Counted from the stretch's first letter, positions 48,074 to 58,004 are shown. The stretch is 64,000 nucleotides of DNA from an uncultured Bacteroidaceae bacterium (GCA_964637515.1 CAZWUI010000001.1:121019-185018); one strand, 5' to 3'. Translations and numbers: made by a program. Notes: generated by a model from the letters alone, not told the origin.

Positions 48074-48097
48074 AACTCCGCCCGGCGGAGTTTTTTT
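48074..48097 (+). terminator. trxB terminator
   Basis: AACTCCGC-CCG-GCGGAGTT followed by a T run. Confidence 0.85.
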
Positions 48098-48123
48098 ATT
48101 TTTACACACACACTTTTTATTAA

Positions 48124-48147
48124 GGCACCGCCCCCGAAGATTGCCAC
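48124..48147 (-). repeat. Partial REP-like repeat (copy 6)
   Basis: Minus strand GTGGCAATCTTCGGGGGCGGTGCC. Confidence 0.6.
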
Positions 48148-48339
48148 CACGTCACAAGGCACTTTGCGCTATGCTCTCTGCGACGGCTTTCTATGCGCCG
48201 AGCCGCCTCAAGCAAAATGCACCGCTATCGCGTTTGTGGCAGAGCAAACAGGCGATGTGTATCGGCGCTCGATGCAACGCATCGACATTCGGTGCCGTGA
48301 GCGGCAGATCAGAAAAACGAAGTTTTATCATGTCGCCGC

Positions 48340-48429
48340 AAAAAGGCAAAGGGCGTCGAAACAAGTTCGACGCCCTCTGCTATGATAAGGGGGAAAATTA
48401 TGAGCGAGATGTTGTAATCTCGTGATTAC
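48340..48429 (-). ncRNA. Candidate ~90-nt small regulatory RNA with anti-SD/anti-AUG seed
   Basis: Promoter 48436-48464, 5' hairpin GUAAUC-ACGA-GAUUAC, C-rich seed, terminator stem plus U5; no ORF. Confidence 0.7.
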
Positions 48430-48435
48430 GGTTAG

Positions 48436-48464
48436 ATATTAACACCGCTATGGGTTGCTGTCAA
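48436..48464 (-). promoter_or_regulatory. Sigma-A promoter of the candidate sRNA
   Basis: TTGACA-17-TAATAT with TG extension and repeated upstream A-tracts (48467-48560). Confidence 0.75.
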
Positions 48465-48558
48465 TGCTTTTTTGTAAAGTTTTTTTGCACAATTTCGGAA
48501 ATTTTGCCAAAAAACCTACATTTTTTGATTTTTGTTTGAAAAAGTTTTTACATTTTTG

Positions 48559-49827
48559 TCAATTTTTTGTGAAAAGTATTTTTTCGATGCGTTTTCGGCA
48601 TTCTAATTCACTTTCTAATATCTCAACCGTTATTCTAACGAGGGGTTCTGTTCCGCTCGGACGGGCTATCAATCGCCCTTTATCCCCTATTTCGTTGCGG
48701 ATTTCGTCAAGTTTCAAACGAAAGTCCGCTTTTTCAAATTCCGCCTTCGGATTTTGACTCGGAAAAGAAAAATCGAAAAATTCATTCGGTTTCACGTAGG
48801 GTAATTTCCCGAGAATACGTTTCGCCTCAAGCAAGGACAATGCGGTGAGCAGTCCGTCTCCTGTTGGCGCAAGGCGTTTTTGTATGATATGTCCGCTCTT
48901 TTCCCCGCCCAAAATCGCACCCGTCTCTTGCATTTTTTCGGACACGTGCTTATCCCCGACTTCGGTGCGAAGAAGGGTTATTTCCTTTTTTTCAAAATAT
49001 CTTTCCACTTCACTGCCCGTCATCACGGTACCGACGACGATAGGCGGATTCAATTCGTTTTGACGGAGTTTGCTTTCGGCAAGGGCGCAAAGTATTCTAT
49101 CGCCGTCATACACTTTTCCGTCGCAGACCGCGATGAGTCTATCGCCGTCCCCGTCGAAAGACAGACCGACTTCGTCTTTTCCGACTGATTTTGCAAACTC
49201 ATCCGCGAAGAGCGCACCGCAACCGACGTTTACTCTTTCCCCCGACGGCACGCCCGCAATCACCCTGACGTCCGCACCCAACTTCTCAAACAAAGGCGGT
49301 AGCACCGTCATACACCCGCACGCACAATCTAGCACAAGTTTTTCACCGCGCAAATCCAGTCCGCAAAACAGCGACGCTGCGTGGCGCAGGTATTTGCCCG
49401 CATAGTCGCCCTTGACGTCGACAGGGGGAGCGGTTTTTCCTCGCACCCGCTTCCCCGCCGAAACTCGTTCGTCCAATTCTCTTTCAATCTCGAAAGGCGG
49501 TTTTTCTCCGCCCGCACCGAAAACCTTTAATCCGTTAAATTCAGGCGGATTGTGGCTTGCGGTTATCATAACCCCGAAATCCGCATTCTCTTTTGCGACT
49601 GCGTAAGACAGTGCGGGGGTAGGCAAAGTGCCGACAACGACAACCCTTGCACCCACGGACAACAACCCCGCAATCAACCTTTTTTCGATTGCCGACGACG
49701 ACGTGCGCACGTCCTTCCCGACGACAACTTTTTTGTCGCTGAAAGAAACACCGAGCGCAAAAGGCAAATCCGCCGAAAGCAATTCCGTTGCCAATCCTCT
49801 GATACCGTCCGTTCCGAAAACTTTCAC
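48559..49827 (-). CDS. glmM: Phosphoglucosamine mutase-like phosphohexomutase
   Basis: FGTDGIRG, ITASHNP, FDGDGDR, GEKSGH, RPSGTEP; GTG start inferred. Confidence 0.8.
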   Translation of the reverse strand: MKVFGTDGIRGLATELLSADLPFALGVSFSDKKVVVGKDVRTSSSAIEKRLIAGLLSVGARVVVVGTLPTPALSYAVAKENADFGVMITASHNPPEFNGLKVFGAGGEKPPFEIERELDERVSAGKRVRGKTAPPVDVKGDYAGKYLRHAASLFCGLDLRGEKLVLDCACGCMTVLPPLFEKLGADVRVIAGVPSGERVNVGCGALFADEFAKSVGKDEVGLSFDGDGDRLIAVCDGKVYDGDRILCALAESKLRQNELNPPIVVGTVMTGSEVERYFEKKEITLLRTEVGDKHVSEKMQETGAILGGEKSGHIIQKRLAPTGDGLLTALSLLEAKRILGKLPYVKPNEFFDFSFPSQNPKAEFEKADFRLKLDEIRNEIGDKGRLIARPSGTEPLVRITVEILESELECRKRIEKILFTKN

Positions 49828-49967
49828 ACGAGAGTATATGCTTACCGTTTGATTTCGGTGCAAAAACGAAAATGCGTTTTGTCAAATCACATGGCACTGT
49901 CACAAGAATACTCGACAAAAAAACAACCGCCAACAAAACTTGCGATTGCGCTTTGTTTGCGCAAAAG

Positions 49968-49993
49968 AAAAAAGCGACTTATCGTCGCTTTTT
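49968..49993 (-). terminator. Terminator after mnmG
   Basis: AAAAAGCGAC-TTATC-GTCGCTTTTT. Confidence 0.75.
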
Positions 49994-50017
49994 GTGATTT
50001 TTGTCATAAACGGTGGT

Positions 50018-51856
50018 TTATAGTTTGTTTTTCTGCAAATAAACTATCAATACTGCAATATCCGCCGGAGATACTCCCGATATTCTCGACGCTTGTCCAA
50101 GGTTCAAGGGACGCACTTTGTCAAGCTTTTGACGCGCCTCGATACGCAGTGCCTTTATGTCGGAATAGTCGATGTTTTCGGGCAACAGTTTTTCTTCAAG
50201 TCGCTTTTGCTCTTTGATTGCGCTGTCTTCTTTTTCAAGATAACCTGCATATTTCATCTCGATAACCGCCGCCGCAAGACTGTCTTTAGGGCAGTCGAAA
50301 GAGATAAACTCGGCAAGGTCTTCCGCCTTTGCGTAGGGGCGTTTCATCATATCCGCAAGGGTTGGAGTTTTCGACGGTAATGGCTCTCCCCAACCGTCCA
50401 AGAGCGCAAATGCCTTTTCTCTGTCTATGGTTTTTGCGCTCTCTTTCAACACCCTTGCAATCTCGTCCTTCTTTTTGAGCATTCTCTCGTATCTTTCACG
50501 CGTGGCAAGTCCGAGATTGTAGGAAATCTCTGTAAGTCGCAAGTCTGCATTGTCCTGACGGAGTTTGATTCTATGCTCCGCTCTTGCTGTCATCATTCTG
50601 TACGGCTCGTTGGTGCCTTTTGTCACAAGGTCGTCGATTAGCACACCTATATACGCTTCGTCGCGACGAAGAATAAACGGCTCTTTCCCGTCTATTTTCA
50701 AGCATGCGTTTATGCCCGCCATAAGTCCTTGCGCGCCCGCCTCTTCATATCCGCTGCTGCCGTTGACCTGTCCTGCGGAAAACAAATTTGCAACGACTTT
50801 CGTTTCAAGGGACGGTTTCAAGGATAGCGGATCGAAACAATCGTACTCTATTGCATATGCGTATTTTGCAAATCTGCAATTTTCAAATCCGGGAAGAGTG
50901 CGATACATCTTCTCCTGCACGTCGTGGGGCAACGAACTTGACATTCCTTGCACGTACATTTCATCACTTCCGAGTCCTTCGGGCTCTACGAAAATTTGGT
51001 GGCGTTCTTTGTCCTTGAATCTGACCACCTTGTCTTCAATGCTCGGACAATATCTCGGTCCTACTCCGTGAATTGAGCCGTTGTAAAGCGGACTTCTCGA
51101 TATGTTGTCGAGAATGATTTTGTGGGTTTCCGCATTGGTGTAGGTCAAATAGCAGTCTTCGCTTTCAAACGTGGAATGATCGGACATGAAAGAAAATCTA
51201 TCCGTATTTTCTGCGGTTTGGACTTCCATTTTGTCGAAGTCGATACTGTCACGGTAGATACGCGCGGGGGTACCCGTCTTGAATCTGCGAATAGGCAAAC
51301 CGAGTTTTATAAGGTTATTCGTGAGATTGTTTGCAGGAGCAAAACCACTCGGACCGCTTTCCTTCACGTAGTCGCCGATGATGACTTTCCCGCCGAGATA
51401 AACACCCGTCGCAAGCACGACCGCACGCGCGGAAAACTCCCTGCCGTCCGCAAGTCGTATTCCGATCGCTTTTCCGTCCTCGGTGAGAATTTCGGAAGTT
51501 TCCCCTTCCAGAATTTCAAGGTTATCGGTCCCGCGCAACACGGAGAGCATTTCTTCGTGATAGCGGTTTTTGTCCTGTTGTCCGCGGAGAGAATAAACCG
51601 CCGGACCTTTGGCGGTGTTGAGCATTTTGATTTGCAACAAAGTTGCGTCTGCGGTGAGTCCCATCTGTCCGCCGAGTGCGTCGATTTCTCTCACCAAATG
51701 TCCCTTTGCAGTGCCGCCGATAGCAGGGTTGCACGCCATATAAGAAATCGTAGCAAAATCCGTACACACCCCAAGAGTGTGCTTCCCGAGTCTTGCGCAC
51801 GCAAGGGCGGCTTCGACACCTGCGTGACCTAAACCTACTACGATAACGTCATACAT
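50018..51856 (-). CDS. mnmG: tRNA uridine-5-carboxymethylaminomethyl modification enzyme
   Basis: GHAGVEAA, CNPAIGG, RFKTGTP, GPRYCPSIEDK, GYEEA.AQG. Confidence 0.97.
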   Translation of the reverse strand: MYDVIVVGLGHAGVEAALACARLGKHTLGVCTDFATISYMACNPAIGGTAKGHLVREIDALGGQMGLTADATLLQIKMLNTAKGPAVYSLRGQQDKNRYHEEMLSVLRGTDNLEILEGETSEILTEDGKAIGIRLADGREFSARAVVLATGVYLGGKVIIGDYVKESGPSGFAPANNLTNNLIKLGLPIRRFKTGTPARIYRDSIDFDKMEVQTAENTDRFSFMSDHSTFESEDCYLTYTNAETHKIILDNISRSPLYNGSIHGVGPRYCPSIEDKVVRFKDKERHQIFVEPEGLGSDEMYVQGMSSSLPHDVQEKMYRTLPGFENCRFAKYAYAIEYDCFDPLSLKPSLETKVVANLFSAGQVNGSSGYEEAGAQGLMAGINACLKIDGKEPFILRRDEAYIGVLIDDLVTKGTNEPYRMMTARAEHRIKLRQDNADLRLTEISYNLGLATRERYERMLKKKDEIARVLKESAKTIDREKAFALLDGWGEPLPSKTPTLADMMKRPYAKAEDLAEFISFDCPKDSLAAAVIEMKYAGYLEKEDSAIKEQKRLEEKLLPENIDYSDIKALRIEARQKLDKVRPLNLGQASRISGVSPADIAVLIVYLQKNKL

Positions 51857-51888
51857 AATTATCCTTTGAAAAGCGCCGTCGCTCGACT

Positions 51889-53217
51889 TTATTTGCCCAC
51901 GCAGAATTTTGAGAAAATGCCGTCCACGACGTCTTCTCCTGCGGTCGCACCCGTGATTTCACCAAGGGCATCGTAGCCTTCTCGCAGGTCGATAAGCACG
52001 CAGTCGATTGTTTCATCTTTTGCAAGAACAGCGTGTTCAAGTGCGTTTTCTGCACGATAAAGTGCCGATAAGTGTCTTTCGGAGGTTATCACGTCCGCTC
52101 CGTCAACTTCTCCGTCGCGGTAGATTGCGGACAATGCCGACTTGAGATTTTCAACTCCGTCCCCCGTCTTTGCGGACACACAATACACTCTGTCCGTCTT
52201 GTCGGGTGCGATGAAATCTTCTCTGTCACACTTGTTGTAGACGACGAATACATTGTCCTTTCCCTGCACTTCGGCGGGGAGATTTCCTCCCTTGGTGCCG
52301 TCGAAAACGTAGACTATTTCGTCCGCACCTTCTATTGCCTTTTTCGCTCTTTCAACGCCTATGCTTTCGACCGTGTCGTCACTGTTGCGAAGCCCCGCCG
52401 TGTCCGTGAAGTTGATGAGGACTCCGTCCACTTCCACACTTCCAGAAATTGCGTCTCTCGTCGTGCCGGCTATATCCGTAACGATTGCTTTGTCTTCTCC
52501 GAGAATTGCGTTGAGCAAGGACGATTTGCCCACGTTTGGCTCCCCTGCGATGACGACGTTGATTCCGCTTTTCGCCATTCTTCCTATATAGGACGTGGAC
52601 GCGAGCGCATGTATGCGCGCGAGAATGGAAGGAATTCTGTCTTCGATTGTGGGGATGACTTCGTCTTCCATTTCGTCGGGATAGTCGAGAGAGGCTTCAA
52701 GAGTTGCAATCACGTCGAGAAGATCGTCCGTTATCTCGTTGACCTTGGCGGACACACCGCCCTGCATAAGCCTGTACGCCGCACGAAGTCCCGCACTGCT
52801 CTCTGCGTTTATCATATCCGCAACGCCTTCCGCATCCGCAAGGGACATTCTGCCGTTGAGATAGGCACGCTTGGTAAACTCACCTGCCTCCGCAGTCACG
52901 CAACCTTTCGAGATTGCGCTGCGCAACGCTCCACGCATAATACGCACTCCGCCGTGAAGATAAAACTCCACCGTATCTTCCCCCGTGAAAGATTTTCCTT
53001 CGGGGAAATATACTGCGTAACCCTTGTCCGAAAAGTCCTCGCCGACAAACTCGCCGAAGCACATTTTGAGCGGATTAGAGCGTAGCACTTCCGCACACGG
53101 ATTGCCTTTTACAAGGAAAACGGCATCCGCGATTTTCACGGCTTCCTTCCCGGAAACTCGTAATATGCCGATGCCGCCCGAACCACTCGGGGTTGAAATT
53201 GCAACTATGGTTTTCAT
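51889..53217 (-). CDS. mnmE: tRNA modification GTPase
   Basis: GEFTKRAYLNG, GEPNVGKSS, IAGTTRD, DTAG, FCVGK. Confidence 0.97.
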   Translation of the reverse strand: MKTIVAISTPSGSGGIGILRVSGKEAVKIADAVFLVKGNPCAEVLRSNPLKMCFGEFVGEDFSDKGYAVYFPEGKSFTGEDTVEFYLHGGVRIMRGALRSAISKGCVTAEAGEFTKRAYLNGRMSLADAEGVADMINAESSAGLRAAYRLMQGGVSAKVNEITDDLLDVIATLEASLDYPDEMEDEVIPTIEDRIPSILARIHALASTSYIGRMAKSGINVVIAGEPNVGKSSLLNAILGEDKAIVTDIAGTTRDAISGSVEVDGVLINFTDTAGLRNSDDTVESIGVERAKKAIEGADEIVYVFDGTKGGNLPAEVQGKDNVFVVYNKCDREDFIAPDKTDRVYCVSAKTGDGVENLKSALSAIYRDGEVDGADVITSERHLSALYRAENALEHAVLAKDETIDCVLIDLREGYDALGEITGATAGEDVVDGIFSKFCVGK

Positions 53218-54065
53218 TATTTTTTCGTTCCGCCGAAACTCTTGAACTTGGGAGGACCGGTCTTGACCGCCGCGGGTTTGACGAAGTCGTCTTGCTCGGT
53301 GAAGTAGCGGTAGACGTTGCCGTCGGGGACTTCGGGCTCTTCTTCGCGGGGTTTTCTTTCGCGGCGAGGTCTGTCGTCGTCCTTTCTGTCAGAGCGACGT
53401 TTGTCGTCTTTTCTGTTATCCCTTCTGCCGTCTCTGCGACCTTTGCGGTCTTCTTTGATTTCGACGCCCTTGGGGATGATGACCACATGACGTTGAGAAT
53501 CTTCGCCCTCGCTTGCGGTGGATGCGATTTCGCTATCCGCAAGTGCGCTGTGGATGACTCTTCTTTCAAACGGGTTCATAGGCTCAAGTTCGATCTTACG
53601 GCAGGTACGATGCGCCTTTTCCGCAAGACGAAGAGCGAGAGCAGTGAGAGTTTCGCGACGTTTTTCGCGGTAGTTTTCACTGTCTACGACAACCTTTTTG
53701 AAGTCGCATTTTTCTTGATTGAGATAGGTGAGAACGAGATATTGGAAAGCGTCGAGTGCCTCTCCGCGGTAACCGATTGCGACTCCGCTATCTTCTCCTG
53801 CGATTTCGATATAGAGAGTGCCGTTTTTGTCCTCGACGGTGGCTCTGGACGAGAGCCCCATCTTCTCAAGGATACCGTTGACGAACTCTTCCGCCATAAC
53901 TGCGGCGCCGTCAATCTCGGTCACTCTGACTATCGCCTTTGAAAACAGACCGCCCTTTTGGAGAACTTCGACTTCGACCTTATCTCTGGTGGTGCCGAGT
54001 TCAAGGAGTGCGTTTTCGACTGCGATGTCGATTGTCGAGGCCTTGACCTCTATACTTTTTTTCAT
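53217..54065 (-). CDS. jag: Jag/KhpB RNA-binding protein (Jag_N-KH-R3H)
   Basis: IGYRGEALDAFQYL, LEPMNPFERRVIH, SEGE; Arg/Asp-rich C-terminal tail. Confidence 0.93.
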   Translation of the reverse strand: MKKSIEVKASTIDIAVENALLELGTTRDKVEVEVLQKGGLFSKAIVRVTEIDGAAVMAEEFVNGILEKMGLSSRATVEDKNGTLYIEIAGEDSGVAIGYRGEALDAFQYLVLTYLNQEKCDFKKVVVDSENYREKRRETLTALALRLAEKAHRTCRKIELEPMNPFERRVIHSALADSEIASTASEGEDSQRHVVIIPKGVEIKEDRKGRRDGRRDNRKDDKRRSDRKDDDRPRRERKPREEEPEVPDGNVYRYFTEQDDFVKPAAVKTGPPKFKSFGGTKK

Positions 54066-54078
54066 AATATTTCTCCTG

Positions 54079-55245
54079 TCAAGCCTTTTTTGCTTGAACG
54101 TTATCAACGATTTTTCCGCCGAGATTGAATGCGAGTTGGAACACGGTCGAAGTCAACGAGCTGACGAGCATATACAGTGCGAACGCCGACGAATACAATA
54201 TCGCGAACACACCGACCATTGCAGGCATCATGTATTGCATGACTTTCATGCTTGCTTGAGTTTGGTTTGCCGTCTTGCCGTCCCCGGTGGGAGGAGGGGT
54301 GCCTTGTGCTTTGGTGAGCAGTTTTTGGGAAATTATGCTGATTGCGAGAGAAAGCACGGGGAGGATGAGGAATCCGTTCCATTTGCCGTTCTTGCCCCAG
54401 CCGCCTTGACCGACGCACTTGCCCATGACGGTGTTATATTCGTCCTGCATCAGACCTTCCATTTTGGAAGTTGCGAAACCGGACTGCCCGGTAACCGTGA
54501 GATAATCGGGGACTTCAGTCTTCCAACTGTCGGGGACGAAGATGTTTTTTATCCAAAGGAAACCTCTATTGGACTTTTGCTCGTCGCTGAAATAGAAGTC
54601 GTGAACGGCTTGTTGCGCCTTGTCATTTGCGCTCTCGTACTCTGCAATATTGTCGCCGACGTACTTGAAGTCCGCGCCTTTCCAATCGTCGCCGAGTTCT
54701 TCCACCATAACTTTGTCGTACTCTTGATAGCAGTTGAGATAGTCGTTTGCGAACTTCCAACCGACCATTTCTCTGAACCCTGCGAAGATGATGAAGAATA
54801 CCACGAGAGTCACTATCGTAGGCAAGCACGCACCGAGCATGGAATACTTCTCTTTTTTGTAGAGAGCCATTTGCTCTTGTTGGATGCGTTGTTTGTCGTC
54901 GCCGTATTTTTCTTGCAACGCTTCGAGTTGGGGCTTCATACGCTCCATCGCCTTTGCGTTTTTGCGTGCGATAACCTTCTGCCATACGTCAAGAGGGGAA
55001 AGTATCAACTTCAAAATGACGGTGAATGCGACGATTGTCCAGCCGAAATCGCCAATGCCCTCATAGAGAACATTGATGAATTTCGCGATAAAGTGAGTGA
55101 CTTCGGGGGAAGTGTTTTTGTCAGAAACGTCGTAGATGCCCCTTTCGTTGTTGCAAGCGCAAAGGGCTATGCAGCACACCACAAGAATGAGCACAACCGC
55201 ATAGATTTTGAGCATCTTCTTACGTCTATAATCTAAACGAGCCAT
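54079..55245 (-). CDS. yidC: Membrane protein insertase YidC/SpoIIIJ
   Basis: Lipobox LCAC, GWTIVAFTVILK, MALYKKE, ACLP, ALY; may start at 55215. Confidence 0.92.
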   Translation of the reverse strand: MARLDYRRKKMLKIYAVVLILVVCCIALCACNNERGIYDVSDKNTSPEVTHFIAKFINVLYEGIGDFGWTIVAFTVILKLILSPLDVWQKVIARKNAKAMERMKPQLEALQEKYGDDKQRIQQEQMALYKKEKYSMLGACLPTIVTLVVFFIIFAGFREMVGWKFANDYLNCYQEYDKVMVEELGDDWKGADFKYVGDNIAEYESANDKAQQAVHDFYFSDEQKSNRGFLWIKNIFVPDSWKTEVPDYLTVTGQSGFATSKMEGLMQDEYNTVMGKCVGQGGWGKNGKWNGFLILPVLSLAISIISQKLLTKAQGTPPPTGDGKTANQTQASMKVMQYMMPAMVGVFAILYSSAFALYMLVSSLTSTVFQLAFNLGGKIVDNVQAKKA

Positions 55246-55478
55246 TTAGCATTTCCTCGATAATTTTCGGGAACGGGGTCGAAGCCGCCTTTTGAAAACG
55301 GATTGCAACGCAGAATGCGCCACGCACCCATAATGCAACCGATTATCACGCCGTATCGCGCGATAGCGTCGTAGGCGTACATCGAGCAGGTGGGAGTATA
55401 TTTGCAGTTGCGCCCGATATATGGGCTGAGTGCGGATTTATACCAATGAAGGAGGGCAAAGCAAACCTTTTTCAGCAT
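55233..55478 (-). CDS. yidD: Membrane protein insertion efficiency factor
   Basis: CKYTPTCS.YA, RILRCNPFSKGGFDPVP. Confidence 0.95.
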   Translation of the reverse strand: MLKKVCFALLHWYKSALSPYIGRNCKYTPTCSMYAYDAIARYGVIIGCIMGAWRILRCNPFSKGGFDPVPENYRGNAKWLV

Positions 55479-55804
55479 AGTTTGCCCGCCTTTTCAAAAA
55501 CCTTGCGCACCTCTGCGACCATCTCGCGATAGTCGAGAGAAGCGGCGGATTCCCTTGCTACGACGACGTACATATATTTCGGGTTTATGCCGTCCACGAT
55601 GGGATTGAGCCCTTCGCGAATCAACCTTTTTACCCTGTTCCTCGTAACGGCGTTTCCGACCTTTTTGGAGACGGAAATGCCAATCTTCAATCCCTCTCGG
55701 GATTTTGCACAAAAAAGCGTCAGGTGACGGGCGGACGCCTTATCGCCTTTGCGATATACGTAACTGAAAGACGCTCTCCGCTTTAACCTGAACTGTCTTT
55801 GCAT
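55472..55804 (-). CDS. rnpA: Ribonuclease P protein
   Basis: GISVSKKVGNAVTRNRVKRLIRE. Confidence 0.95.
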   Translation of the reverse strand: MQRQFRLKRRASFSYVYRKGDKASARHLTLFCAKSREGLKIGISVSKKVGNAVTRNRVKRLIREGLNPIVDGINPKYMYVVVARESAASLDYREMVAEVRKVFEKAGKLC

Positions 55805-55809
55805 GACGA

Positions 55810-55944
55810 TTATGCGGTGAGGACTTTTCTACCTCTTGCGCGACGACGTTTGAGAACTTTTCTGCCCGAAGTGGACTTCATTCTTTCGCGGAAACCGTGG
55901 ACTTTGCTTCTTTGTCTTTTCTTGGGTTGGTAGGTTTGTTTCAT
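55810..55944 (-). CDS. rpmH: 50S ribosomal protein L34
   Basis: [22 protein letters not shown]...GRKVLTA, GGAGG SD; TTGACA-17-TATAAT at 56005-56033. Confidence 0.97.
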   Translation of the reverse strand: MKQTYQPKKRQRSKVHGFRERMKSTSGRKVLKRRRARGRKVLTA

Positions 55945-56068
55945 AACTCTATTGCCTCCATGTAGGAATTTGATGTCATTATATAATAATATAAATGCTT
56001 GAACATTATATAGAAAATCTAAAACCGTGTCAAGCAAATTGCGCCCGTCCGAAAAATCGTGAAAAAGG

Positions 56069-56836
56069 TTAAAGGGCAAAATACAACACAAAACAGACGA
56101 CTGACAACAAAAACGCATAGACCGCAAAGCCCGAAAGAGAGTGTTTTTTGACAAAACCCAAAAAACCTTTTATGGCAATAAGTCCCGACAAAAAGGCGGT
56201 GAAAGTGCCTATCAAAAGAGGTACGATACCCGCCGAAAAAATCTCCCCGCCCGACGTGAAAATCTCGACTCCCTCATAGAGCGCAGAGCCTACGATGATA
56301 GGCACGGACAACAAAAAAGAGAACTCCGAAGCGGTGGATTTTTCCACACCGAGAAGGGTTGAAATTGCAATCGTACTGCCACTTCTCGACACGCCGGGCA
56401 AAACCGCTATTCCTTGCATAACGCCAGTTAATACACTCGTTTTCGCATTGTAAACTGCCGTTTTGGTGGTTTGCAGTTTTTCGGACAGGAACAACAAAAC
56501 TGCCGTCGCCATGAACCCGAAAGGCAGATATTCACCGTCCACAAGGGCGGGGAAAAACACCTTGAAAATCACTGCGATGACGACGGTCGGAATGGTGGCG
56601 AGAATGATATATCCGTTCGTGCGATCAAGCGGTTTTTTGACAAGGGGCATCCACGTTTTTCTCATCGCAATAAGCACCGCCAAAAGCGTGCCTAAATGCA
56701 GGCATATATTGAAAAATAAATCCTCTTCTCCAATCCCGCATTTTTCAAAAAGTAGCAGATGCCCCGAACTCGATACGGGCAAAAATTCCGTAGCGCCTTG
56801 CACTATTCCGAGAACTACCGCTTCCCAAATTTTCAT
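56069..56836 (-). CDS. uppP: Undecaprenyl-diphosphate phosphatase
   Basis: [32 protein letters not shown]. Confidence 0.95.
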   Translation of the reverse strand: MKIWEAVVLGIVQGATEFLPVSSSGHLLLFEKCGIGEEDLFFNICLHLGTLLAVLIAMRKTWMPLVKKPLDRTNGYIILATIPTVVIAVIFKVFFPALVDGEYLPFGFMATAVLLFLSEKLQTTKTAVYNAKTSVLTGVMQGIAVLPGVSRSGSTIAISTLLGVEKSTASEFSFLLSVPIIVGSALYEGVEIFTSGGEIFSAGIVPLLIGTFTAFLSGLIAIKGFLGFVKKHSLSGFAVYAFLLSVVCFVLYFAL

Positions 56837-56921
56837 TTTCTCTTTACTATTCTCCCGTTTTCGTTTATACTAAACTATTGTATTAACGCATCGCGCGGTT
56901 TAGCACGCGCATAGGAGAAAA

Positions 56922-58004
56922 ATGAAACTCGGTGTCGTAGGTTTGCCAAACGTCGGCAAAAGCACTCTTTTCAACGCAATAACCAAAGCAGGCGCACAAG
57001 CCGCCAACTATCCTTTCTGTACGATAGAGCCCAACGTCGGCGTGGTCGCCGTCCCCGACGAGAGATTGAACAAACTCGCCGCCCTTTACGACAGCAAAAA
57101 AATCACCCCCACCACCCTTGAATTTGTGGATATAGCGGGACTCGTCAAAGGTGCGTCAAGGGGAGAAGGTCTCGGAAATAAATTCCTGTCCCACATTCGC
57201 GAAGTGGATGCAATCGTCCACGTCGTGCGCTGTTTCGACGACGAAAATATCACCCACGTAGACGGCTCAGTTTCCCCCGTCCGCGACATCGAAACCATAA
57301 ATCTCGAGCTCGTCTTCGCGGATATGGAAGCACTCGAAAGACGTCTTGCAAAGGCGCAATCCATGCTCAAAGCGGACAAAAAATACGCCGACGACGTGGA
57401 GCGTCTTGAGAAAATGCAAAAGTGGCTCGAAGACGGAAAACCTCTCCGCACTCTGCCGGTTGACGATGACTTCAAAGCGTTTATAGACGAACAGTTTTTG
57501 CTCACGTCGAAACCCGTCGTTTACGTCGCCAACGTCGATGAAAACTCGCTCGGCGGAAACGACTATACCGCACAGGTCGAAAAATGCGCCAAAGACGAAA
57601 ACGCAGGTTGTATCGTCCTCTGCGCCAAACTCGAAGAAGATTTGACCGCTCTCGACGACGAGGACAGAGCAATCTTCATGGAAGAATACGGACTCGAAGA
57701 AAGCGGACTCGACAAACTAGTATCCGCATCCTATGCCCTTCTCGGACTCATCTCCTACCTCACCGCAGGGGAAAAGGAAACTCGTGCTTGGACGATTGAA
57801 AAAGGCACGAAAGCCCCTCAAGCCGCAGGCAAAATCCATTCGGATTTTGAAAAAGGCTTCATCCGCGCCGAAATCGTGGACTACGAAACCCTGCTCGAAT
57901 GCGGTTCATTCAACTCCGCAAAGGAAAAAGGTAAGGTCCGCAGCGAAGGAAAAGACTACGTCATGCAAGAAAACGACGTCGTGCTTTTCCGCTTCAACGT
58001 TTAA
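56922..58004 (+). CDS. ychF: Redox-regulated ATPase YchF
   Basis: [44 protein letters not shown]. Confidence 0.97.
   Translation: MKLGVVGLPNVGKSTLFNAITKAGAQAANYPFCTIEPNVGVVAVPDERLNKLAALYDSKKITPTTLEFVDIAGLVKGASRGEGLGNKFLSHIREVDAIVHVVRCFDDENITHVDGSVSPVRDIETINLELVFADMEALERRLAKAQSMLKADKKYADDVERLEKMQKWLEDGKPLRTLPVDDDFKAFIDEQFLLTSKPVVYVANVDENSLGGNDYTAQVEKCAKDENAGCIVLCAKLEEDLTALDDEDRAIFMEEYGLEESGLDKLVSASYALLGLISYLTAGEKETRAWTIEKGTKAPQAAGKIHSDFEKGFIRAEIVDYETLLECGSFNSAKEKGKVRSEGKDYVMQENDVVLFRFNV

Noticed and set aside
55945-56068. oriC upstream of rpmH
   Set aside because: No DnaA boxes and no dnaA; only a sigma-A promoter.
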